The notes below the pieces were generated by a model. The model was not told where the DNA came from. It searched no databases and worked only from the letters and a program-made list of their open reading frames with translations. The position numbers and the translations under genes were made by a program. A stretch of DNA of 64,000 nucleotides from an uncultured virus (IMG/VR IMGVR_UViG_3300050821_011652) (taxonomy: Duplodnaviria > Heunggongvirae > Uroviricota > Caudoviricetes): IMG/VR virus record IMGVR_UViG_3300050821_011652. One strand, given 5' to 3'. This document shows, piece by piece, positions 26,396 through 35,300 of the stretch. The number at the start of each line of letters is the position of its first letter. The stretch's first letter is position 1.

Positions 26396-26549
26396 CAATT
26401 CCTGACGAACTGTGGTTTGACCTTGTGGTCTTTGTTAGCGCGGCAAGATATGCCGGGCAAGACGGACTTTCAGCATTGACAGGAGATGCAACTGAGCTTC
26501 TCCAGCGCATGTTAAAAGTTGTTGAGACAAGAGATTATATAAGAAGCTT

Positions 26550-27317
26550 ATGACTGTGGACCCTTATTCCTACGACCCTAAAACCTTCTTCGACTCCTTC
26601 TATCGCACCATGAAGGTCGCGAACTGGATCACTGACCGGCAGACGGTTGGCGAGCTCGACCCCCGGCACATTCGACACCACTACAACTCACTCGAAAATT
26701 TGATCCTTGAATCGATCGGAAATACGCCACTTGGACCAGTGTTAGATTTTGGCGCGGGCGCCGGTCACTGGGCCGACTTTGCCCTCAACGTTCTCGAAAC
26801 TAAGTGGGTTGATCTAGTGGACACTTCCTCGATCGCTCGCGACCATTTGAGTTCAAAGTATTCAGCAATTAAACAAGTGGAGGTTTACGATTCGCTCTAT
26901 AAAACCTTCACCCGTCGTTACGATGCGGTGTTCGCCATTGGGGTGCTTTTCCATATCGTCGATGATGCGAAGTGGGAATCGACCTTACACCGGTTAATCG
27001 AACGGTTGACGCCGGGTGGCCGGCTGTTTGTGAGCGAAAAGTTTCATACCTATGGGACCATGACCGAACTGGAACCTACAAAGGCGAGGGATGTTCAGTT
27101 TCACGCAACTGACAAGTTCTCGACTTGGGCTGAGTGCTACAATGTTAATCAACGGCCGGCGGTGTTAGTTCACAAGCGGCTGCGCTGCTTGTATGAATGG
27201 AAGCGGGTAGTGAGGGAAGCGGGGGCGAAGGTTGAGCTTGTTTGGTACAACCGCGCGCCATTCGGCTACATCACGCCGGAGAATTCGCTAATGGTGGTGA
27301 GGAAGGAAGACGAATGA
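26550..27317 (+). CDS. Class I SAM-dependent methyltransferase
   Basis: VLDFGAGAG, VDTS, YDAVFAIGVLFHI, LTPGG. Confidence 0.85.
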   Translation: MTVDPYSYDPKTFFDSFYRTMKVANWITDRQTVGELDPRHIRHHYNSLENLILESIGNTPLGPVLDFGAGAGHWADFALNVLETKWVDLVDTSSIARDHLSSKYSAIKQVEVYDSLYKTFTRRYDAVFAIGVLFHIVDDAKWESTLHRLIERLTPGGRLFVSEKFHTYGTMTELEPTKARDVQFHATDKFSTWAECYNVNQRPAVLVHKRLRCLYEWKRVVREAGAKVELVWYNRAPFGYITPENSLMVVRKEDE

Positions 27318-27435
27318 TTACCTATTCCCAATTTGTTAAGTTAATAATCCGAAACATACCGGATGCGCCATTGTGTGAGATAGAAGACGCGGCGCAAGAG
27401 TTGGTGGATAAGGGCTATCTGGAGGACGAAGAAGA

Positions 27436-28491
27436 TTGAAAATCGAAGGCCTCTACCAACGCAATGGCGTCTATTGGTTCCGTAAAACCACCAATGGCCA
27501 GCGTATCGCTGTCTCGCTTCAAACTAAGGACTTTGCTGAGGCGGTATCTAAAGCGGTTGAGATGCGCGACGGGATTGAGAAGGAGTCGAATACTACTATC
27601 CTTTCCTCAGCCATCACTCAGTTCATCCGGGTAAAGTCTGTTCGCCGGGCGCCGACAATTTCGAGTTACCGTTTCGCGCTTAACAAGCTAACTGATGGGC
27701 TAGGGGATCGTTCGGTGCGCTCGGTTTCAGCTCAGTGGTTAGAAGAGAGGGTTCGAGAGCTGGAATTAAAAGGGCGGTCGCCAGTTTCAATCAACGTCTG
27801 GATCGGAGTGTGGCGGGTATTCTTCAAATGGTGCGAAAGCGAGAAACTGATTAAAACTTCACCGGCGTTGTCCTTAGAGTATCAAGACACGGGCTCGACC
27901 ATTCGAGATGACAAGGCTTGTTCGAAGGAGGAGCGGGACGCACTGATTGCCGGGGCGGTTGTCTCTGAGCGCAGCAGTTGGACCAATGACGATCTTAAGT
28001 TTGTTCTTCTTGCCGGCTTTCATGCCGGGATGCGGAAGCTTGAGATTGTGGAGGCGAGACGGGACTGGTTTGATCTGGATCGCAAGATGATTCACATCAA
28101 ACGAATCGAGGGAAAACGCCTTCGGGCTGGAGAGAAGGCGTTCCGGATTAAGGACGGCACGGAAAGGAAGATTCCGCTGACGAATGAGTTCCATAGTTTT
28201 CTCGTCGACTATTTGACGGGCAGAGGCACTTTGGATTTTGCGCTCCGTCCGCAGATTACACACGGGTCGACTTACTACCGGACCGATATTGCAGTCCCCT
28301 TTGAAGGGTACATGAAAGAGGTAGGAATGGAGTGGGTTACGCCCCACATAATGAGGCATACTTTCTGCACCTTGTTAATTCAGAACGGACGTCCTCTGGA
28401 CGTGGTCGCCTTTTGGATGGGAGATACGCCCGAGGTGATCCGCAAACACTATGCACATTTGGTTAACTATGACGCGAGTATAAATTTATGA
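27436..28491 (+). CDS. int: Tyrosine recombinase/integrase with N-terminal arm-binding domain
   Basis: GMRKLE (R), KDG (K), HIMRH, WMGD, KHY (Y); N-terminal LYQRNGVYW...SLQTKD. Confidence 0.9.
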   Translation: MKIEGLYQRNGVYWFRKTTNGQRIAVSLQTKDFAEAVSKAVEMRDGIEKESNTTILSSAITQFIRVKSVRRAPTISSYRFALNKLTDGLGDRSVRSVSAQWLEERVRELELKGRSPVSINVWIGVWRVFFKWCESEKLIKTSPALSLEYQDTGSTIRDDKACSKEERDALIAGAVVSERSSWTNDDLKFVLLAGFHAGMRKLEIVEARRDWFDLDRKMIHIKRIEGKRLRAGEKAFRIKDGTERKIPLTNEFHSFLVDYLTGRGTLDFALRPQITHGSTYYRTDIAVPFEGYMKEVGMEWVTPHIMRHTFCTLLIQNGRPLDVVAFWMGDTPEVIRKHYAHLVNYDASINL

Positions 28492-29166
28492 AACTACAAC
28501 TAATATGCGCAGGCGAAACCGCCTACACGCCAGCCGACAACTTCATCGTTGCGACGCTGGGCGGTAAGGTGATAGGTCGGTTCGAGAATGAGGACGACGC
28601 GAAAGTATTTATTGCGCTCAAAGAAGCGGAAGAGCGACCATGCTGGCGCTGCGGGGCCACTGGAGAGATAAAATGAGCGAACCTATCGAACGATTAAAGA
28701 TCAGCCGTATGCTGTTCTGTGACGCAATGGGAAGGACCCTATTCGTTTTTTGTAACTGCGATGAGATCGATGTTAAGGAAGTCGCAGAATATTTCGTTGC
28801 CGAAGCAGCACTCTTAACCAGGATTAGTGAGAGGAAGAAATGAGCGAACCGGAGCTGTTAGAATTTGCGTGGGACATTATTGCAAATGCAGGCGAGGGCG
28901 ATTGGCACAAAGAAACGCCAGAGTGGTTTGATGCCGCCACTGTATGGAGAGAAAACTATTTCAAGTGGCTAAAGAGCCGCGCTACATCCACCAGTCGCTG
29001 GGCTGCGTTCTCGGCGAAAGAGTTGTCTCACTTACGAGGCAGTATCGAGAGTGCGCCTTTGACAAAACGATGTCCTATCTGTTGGTCTGTGATTGAAGAA
29101 ATCAACGCAGAACTCGCTAGCCGCAAAAGGGACTCGAAGCCCGGTCAGCCTGGAGGGGCGTATTAA
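28488..29166 (+). CDS. Three coupled small hypothetical ORFs (28488-28676, 28673-28843, 28840-29166)
   Basis: Chain of ATGA overlaps. Confidence 0.55.
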
Positions 29167-29168
29167 AT

Positions 29169-29465
29169 ATGGCGAACCGTGAAATACCGCGTTGGCTTGA
29201 GAAAGTGGAAATTGCGATCGGCATCCCGATTGTGCATTGGTCGATCGCAATCGCGGCGCTCGGGTTTCTGCTGTGGCTGCTCTGCGGCTGTGCAGGAATT
29301 GAAAATAACGATGCGTATTGGAACAAAACGATCCGCGACCCGCTCCATTGGGACTCAAGCGTTTGGCTGGAGTCACGTATTGAATCCGTGAGCCATTCCA
29401 ATATTGATGGTATCGTTTTAGACCAGTATCAAACAAAACCAAAAAAACCAACCCTTAGAAAATAA
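29169..29465 (+). CDS. Putative lipoprotein
   Basis: Hydrophobic stretch ending in LCGC lipobox. Confidence 0.5.
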   Translation: MANREIPRWLEKVEIAIGIPIVHWSIAIAALGFLLWLLCGCAGIENNDAYWNKTIRDPLHWDSSVWLESRIESVSHSNIDGIVLDQYQTKPKKPTLRK

Positions 29466-29469
29466 ATAG

Positions 29470-29814
29470 ATGACTATTGTTGATGTAAACGTAATGGAAG
29501 ATGGCCTAAGTAACGCCGGCGACACCGGCGAAATCGCGGTCACTGCAAACCCGTGGACCTTCCGAGTGAGGTTCCTCGGTCAAGAGGGAGCCTACCTCGT
29601 CGGATTCTTTGACACCCTGGCCCACGCGCTTGCATCCCTTAGCGCGGCCCAGGCGGCGGCGCAGTTTGGTGCAGCAGCAACCGCTGCGACCATCACGACC
29701 TGGATGGGGACGACCGTCCCACAAACCGGTTTTGTGGCAACCCGGACCTATACCAATGGCGGCGCGATTGGGGATCAGTACCTCACGGGCGGACCCAATG
29801 TGTCGATGAACTAA
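29470..29814 (+). CDS. Hypothetical protein
   Basis: Ala/Thr/Gly-rich ORF. Confidence 0.6.
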   Translation: MTIVDVNVMEDGLSNAGDTGEIAVTANPWTFRVRFLGQEGAYLVGFFDTLAHALASLSAAQAAAQFGAAATAATITTWMGTTVPQTGFVATRTYTNGGAIGDQYLTGGPNVSMN

Positions 29815-30120
29815 AGGCGGATCAAAGGGGTCAGCGTTCAATCCGTGGCCCCTCACCAAAATCTATGAAAAAACAAAACAGTAAACCGGCCAAGTCGGCC
29901 GTCAAAGGCGCGAGCAACATGCTGCAGGCGTACACGGGGATGGGTGCAGCGGCGGCAAAGGGAAAGAAGAAAGGGAAGAAATGAGCATGATTGTTGACGG
30001 CCGCCGCGCCGTTTTTAATGTCGTGATCGATGGAATTTTAATCGCGACTGGGTTTGATTCACCTGAAGCGGCAGACGCCTTCGCGCGTAAGTATATTCTC
30101 GATCAAAAAGGAGAAAAGAA

Positions 30121-30300
30121 ATGAGCAAACCAATGATCAAGCCTTCACGGCGCGGGCTGCTTCATAAGAAGCTGGGTGTCCCACAGGGAGAGAAAATCCC
30201 GGCGGCGAAGCTCGCAGCCGCGAAAAAATCATCTTCACCGTCCCTGCGCAAGGAAGCGGTGTTTGCGGAGAACTTTGGTAAGGGCAAGAAACGGGGATAG
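30121..30300 (+). CDS. Small very basic phage protein
   Basis: IKPSRRGLLHKKLGVPQGEKIPAAKL; below ORF-track length cutoff. Confidence 0.65.
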   Translation: MSKPMIKPSRRGLLHKKLGVPQGEKIPAAKLAAAKKSSSPSLRKEAVFAENFGKGKKRG

Positions 30301-30336
30301 TATGGAACGCCGTGCATCCATGGCGTAAGGTCATGA

Positions 30337-30513
30337 ATGCGGTTCTTCGATCTACCTCAGTGTCCGTATTGTGGATCGAAGAGTTTCATGTGGCAGGGCC
30401 CGGTGCCAACGTCTTCGGAGGATTACTTTATCTTCTGTTTGGACTGCCTGGCACAGGGGCCGCCGGGGGAAACATGGGAAGAAGCACTGAACAATTGGAG
30501 TGAAAGATTATGA
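30337..30513 (+). CDS. Lar-like restriction alleviation protein
   Basis: MRFFDLPQCPYCGS...FCLDCLAQGP...EEALNNWSER; not in ORF track. Confidence 0.65.
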   Translation: MRFFDLPQCPYCGSKSFMWQGPVPTSSEDYFIFCLDCLAQGPPGETWEEALNNWSERL

Positions 30514-30728
30514 GTGAAGATATTACGGCCTTAGTGCCGATGGTAAACAATATTGAAGATCGAAACGCAGAGGAAATGGAAAAGATGAAATCGACGATCG
30601 AGAAGAGGGGGCAGCTGCGGCTGGCTAAGTCGTTGATCTTCCGGAATCCTACTACCACCACTGAGATCGTTGGTGCCATTAGGGCGCTAGTGAAGGTGGC
30701 GGAACTGGAAAGGGATTTCAATGTTTAA
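30510..30728 (+). CDS. Hypothetical protein
   Basis: Coupled ORF. Confidence 0.55.
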   Translation: MSEDITALVPMVNNIEDRNAEEMEKMKSTIEKRGQLRLAKSLIFRNPTTTTEIVGAIRALVKVAELERDFNV

Positions 30729-30880
30729 AGAAACTATCTGGGGATGGAATCCTGAAGGCCCTAATTTTGGAAGGCACACCGTAACGGTCTATGGGGAAGA
30801 CGGAACAGTGAATACGTGGGAAGTGAAAGATTACCTGGGGTCGAGAGAGGTCACTTTCGAGGACCAGAAGGAGCCTGGGA

Positions 30881-31377
30881 ATGAGTGACGACCTGTCAGA
30901 CGAAGCGTTTGAAGGAATTAAACAGGTGTGCAGGGAAAAGTGGGGATGCGTAACGGGAATTAGAGTGTTCTGGGAATGCCGTCGACTAGCAGTGGCTCAG
31001 ATAGAGGAGGCGCGGCGAGAGGCTTTCCGTGCCGCATGGAAGACTTGCGCTGTTTTATGGGACGGAGATGCGAGCGAAACTTGCATGGAACAATCTTATC
31101 GCGCATGGCGTGAACAACCGGAGTGTAAATGAACGACGATCTGTCAGATGAAGCCGCGAAAGATCTTTGCCGAGAGTATTGGAAAACCCCTACCGAGAAA
31201 CCCGTGTGGCTGCGGATGTGGCAAGAAGCCAAGCGCCGCGCAGAGGCGATCATCGAAGAGCGCGAGCGCAAGGCGTTCGAGGCGGGATTCGATCTCTACG
31301 ACCGAATGTGCGTAACGACCCGGGCTGAACGTCTCCAGACAGCTTACCGCGCCTACCGCGCCGAAGGGAGCAAATGA
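30881..31377 (+). CDS. Tandem paralog pair (30881-31132, 31129-31377)
   Basis: Both M.DDLSDEA...CRE.W...W.E..R.A...IEE..R.AF.A...YRA.R. Confidence 0.65.
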
Positions 31378-31825
31378 GCGACGACCTACAACTACACGAC
31401 GGACACACAATAAAATTCAAGCGCGTGTCTTACCTGCAAATGTGGATCGATGGCGACGAGGACTACCCTGGTGAATACTGGGGATCCTTTAACAGCGAAA
31501 AAGAGGGTATGGTCTTTTTCAAAACAACGGTCCAGTGGCAATTGGACGCGAGAGACGAGCGAGACATGTTCGGACCTGGCGGAGATCCGGCGAATGCGTG
31601 GAAGAGGGAGGATGCTTGAAGCGTAAGATCGTCCAGTTCCAGGTGGTGCCCGTCGTCCCCAATGTCTGGAACGTGGTCAACAACTACATCTACGCGCTGG
31701 CTGACGACGGGACTATGTGGTTTTACGGCACGGAATGGTGGCCAATATCGCAGCTGCCCGAAACCGTGGAGCGTGTACCAGCTACGTGTACCACCCCCGA
31801 ACCTTCCCCAGGGGAAACTGCATGA
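31374..31825 (+). CDS. Two small hypothetical ORFs (31374-31619, 31616-31825)
   Basis: Coupled; second has IVQ...YALADDGTMW...W..I..LP. Confidence 0.55.
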
Positions 31826-31963
31826 AATTTCATGCAACTAACTGTCCACCCACTATAATTTAAAAACGTAAGCGCCTCATCCTCAACCTTCTTATAAATA
31901 ACATATGCGCATAAATGGGAAGTATGTCAGTACCCGAGGGGAGTGTACCAGTTCCGTGTACCA
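31773..31963. other. attP-like site: paired arm-type repeats flanking a dif-like core
   Basis: GTGTACCA pairs (13-bp period) at 31773/31786 and 31943/31956; core TATGCGCATAA-ATGGGAA-GTATGTCAGT at 31904-31931; palindrome TGCATGAAATTTCATGCA at 31819-31836. Confidence 0.65.
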
Positions 31964-32053
31964 CTTTTGGGCCAGTTGGGTGGGGAATGGGGTCATTTGG
32001 GCGCTTCTTCTCGTCTGGATGTCCGTCCGATTGGTGCTGGCGCTGGTTCGAAA

Positions 32054-32308
32054 ATGAACTGGCATTTGCACACCAATTCGGCCGACGCCTATTCGACAGG
32101 CGACACCCTGCGGCACTATGAGATTGCACGGCCACACAACATTAACCACTACTTTCTCGTCAGGTGCAACGGCTGCCGGGTGGCGAATGTTGATTCGATC
32201 GAGGAAGGGATAAGACTGTCGGAGTGGCACGAGCGCAGTATGTGTCCGACAGTGGCGCAGGAGATATCTGCCGCTGTCCCCACTAGTGACGAGCTGGCCC
32301 GGGCGTAG
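32054..32308 (+). CDS. Hypothetical protein
   Basis: Last + strand ORF before convergent virion block. Confidence 0.45.
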   Translation: MNWHLHTNSADAYSTGDTLRHYEIARPHNINHYFLVRCNGCRVANVDSIEEGIRLSEWHERSMCPTVAQEISAAVPTSDELARA

Positions 32309-32351
32309 GATTACTCCCCGCGTTTCCAAGCGTCCGAGGGGTCATCATCCT

Positions 32352-35300
32352 TTATTCATTTAGTGATCGGGTTTGGGTTGAGACGGTTCCTGGCGGGAGG
32401 GTCTTCCCGGCTACTTGTGCGTTGTGTAACAAATTCTTTGTCGGGCGGTAAGGGACGTAGCGTCCTACCATTAGCGGCCCGGCTTCCTTATCGTACTTGC
32501 TCAACGCTTGATGTACTATGGCGGGTGCTACACCGGATTGAAGAGCTGCCTGGACCTTTTCGTGGATGTCCATGAATGCGTGGTAACGGGCAGCTTCCAT
32601 TTTAGCGTAGGTCTGCTTGATCTCGTCGCTGTCCATCGGGTGCCCCGGATTCTGAAAGGGGGAGGTGAAGATCTGCTCGACCTTGTGGAGGTCATCCATC
32701 TCGTCGTTCAAAGACGAACGGAGACGTTGACCCAGATCAACTTCAGCGATCTTTCCGCCGACAAGTTCTCCGCCAATATGTTCGGGAAGCGTCGTGGCCA
32801 TCCCGCCCGAGGAAGTGGTCTTTCCCATGGCCGTTGGAATCCAGCTGCGTATAACCCGACCTGGCGTCCCACCTTCCCATATCGGATCGAACGCGTAGCC
32901 GAGGCGCCCCATGAACTGTTCGGTGCCGGGAAGGTTCTCGTTCACGATCGATTGTCCAAAGTCGTTCTTATTGCCCAGTGCTTGGTAAATTCGCGGCACA
33001 ATAATGCCGGCGTCCGAGAAATTTCTCATTAACTGCCCCATGGTCTTACCAACCATCGTCGGGACGTCTTCATGGCCGGACATCGACCGTCCGATCTGGG
33101 TTACTGCATCGGTGAAGTAGGAGTAAGGGCTCGAGTAGTTCAGGTTCGCATATCCGATTTTTCCATTCTCGTGTTTGAAAAAGAGGAGCGCCGAGTTCTG
33201 CTCCCACCAGGGAAGAAGCTTTCGAAAGTTGTCGACGTCCTTATCACTCATCCCCACAGCCCTTGCGGTAGCCCATCCGATCAAAGCTGGTCCGGTGAGC
33301 GCGGCGCCGATCCCTGCGATGCGTCGGATGCCCGAAGAGGTAAGGACACCGTTCCCTTGCCTTACTCCTTCCTTTAGATCCTTGAACGCGTAGTAGGCTG
33401 AGTTCGTGGCCGCCCGCGTGGCTTCAGCGAAGTAGCCAGCGAAGGGTCCAAAGAAGGGCTGGTTCACAACGGCCCGTACATTTGGGCTCATCCGGCTCCA
33501 CGTCGGCATGGTGTCCCGAGTTCGTTTAGACGCCATCGAATCCAATTCGGTCGGGCTGTTCTGGGCGATATCAGGAAACGCTTTAGCCAACATCGAACGC
33601 TCCATCTCGAAGTTGAGAATTTTTCCCATCGAGTCGGCCGTGGCGTAAAAGTGCTCGGCAAAATTCTGTGTCTTGCGCAGGACCTTAAACACCGGGTTGT
33701 TGGCGAACTGCCCACTGATAGCGTCTTGAAGGTCGATTGGTTGCCCGGAGTTTTTGTTCCAAGCTTTAGAAATTTCCCGGAGTGTCCGCACGTTAGGATC
33801 TTGGTCGAGTAGCCCCAGCCCGCGATAGCGCAGGAGCTGGGCGCGCAAGCCTGGATCGTCCAATTTTCCCCAATCAGTGGCCAGGGTTCCCACGGCCTTT
33901 TTCACAGCGTCTGGGCTGAGCCCATGACCATTCATGAGAAGGTTGAAACCTTGAGTCGTATAGTTCCGCATCGCCGACCGGACAGAGTCAATAGTATGTA
34001 CTGTCTTAGCTACCCGGTTCATCTTCATGAGAAGATTCATGGTCGGGTTGTTTCCTGTACTTACTGCTCGGGCTGCTTTTAAAGCTTCCCGGATCTCTGG
34101 AGTGGTATACATCCCATCCAACGGATCATAGGCGCGGTTGTCTTCCTTTGCGATCTTCGCGTCGTGGATGCCATTGGGTTCTTTGAAGAGCCACTGGCCC
34201 TCTCCGGCCGATCGGATATCACGTAGCCCTTGAGATGTTGCAAGGAAGTCCGAGAGCTTCTGCATGGACTGGGCGAATACCGCTCGGGGATCAGTGTTCT
34301 CTCCCAATAGTGTCCGATACGATTCGGGTAGATCTTGGCGCTCTTTGAAAAAGGTGGTATCGGTTTTTGCTGCCGGCCGGCCAAAATTAGAATTGCCTTT
34401 TCCTTCGGCTATATCGCGGAAGTCTGACATCTGCCGGTCCACAAATCTCCGCATGGAGGAGTATTGAACCGTCTTTTCCGCCTCTGTCTTTGCTTTATCA
34501 AAGGCCTCTTTGAAAACGGCCCGGTGTTCGAGGGTACCGAACTGACCCGGGTTAACTTTCAGCCATTGAGCTTGAGCTTGAATGCCCGCATCCCGGGCCT
34601 TATCGCTCCTGAACTTTTCCACTAAATCTCGAGCGGCCTGGTCCTTTTTGGCTTCGGTCACATTACGCTCGATCCAGCGAGGGTCGTCGAAAATCCGATA
34701 GCTGCGTTTGGTGTAGAAGCCTTCGTTGTCGGCGAACTTAGCTGCCAGGTCAGGTGGCAAATAAACTTGAGCCTTTCGGGAGAGGTAATCGATTGAGTCA
34801 CGCATTGCGCGAATCGCCCGGTAAGTGTTGACAGGAAAGTCCGCCGGTGCCGCGCGGCCTTGCAAGATCTGGGTAAACTGTTCGAGTTTGGCCGTGGGTA
34901 GCTTATCAAGAGGACTGCCCTTGTAGTCTTGTCTCACTGCGCGGTCGAGGTCAGTCAGACGGTCGCGAACAATTTGTGCTGCCGCATCTCGCTTTGCTTG
35001 GATTTCTTGAGTAGCCTCATACGCCGGAGAGGAGCGGTAGCCGGTGTCCTCAGTGACCCTGGGCAGGTTCCCCTCAGAGGTCCAATCTTTCATCCATCGA
35101 CCGAACCTTCGGGTCCAAGAGTTCCGGTCCTCTTTATTTCCACCCAGAGCCCCCAACAATGGGAACGAAGTAGAATCTAGCGCCCGCCATGCTTCGGCGT
35201 ACTGGTGAGGCGTTATAGCATTCTGATTAAAAGCCTTATCCGCTTCGGAACGCAGGGCTTCAATATCGCGGTGTTCTAAACCCTTAGCCTGGGCGATCCG

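Noticed and set aside
29815..29860. Complete tRNA gene
   Set aside because: No D or anticodon arm; no full cloverleaf was seen anywhere in the window by eye
30312..30503. 63-aa ORF from the track
   Set aside because: The alternative frame 30337-30513 gives a clear Lar-like zinc-finger protein
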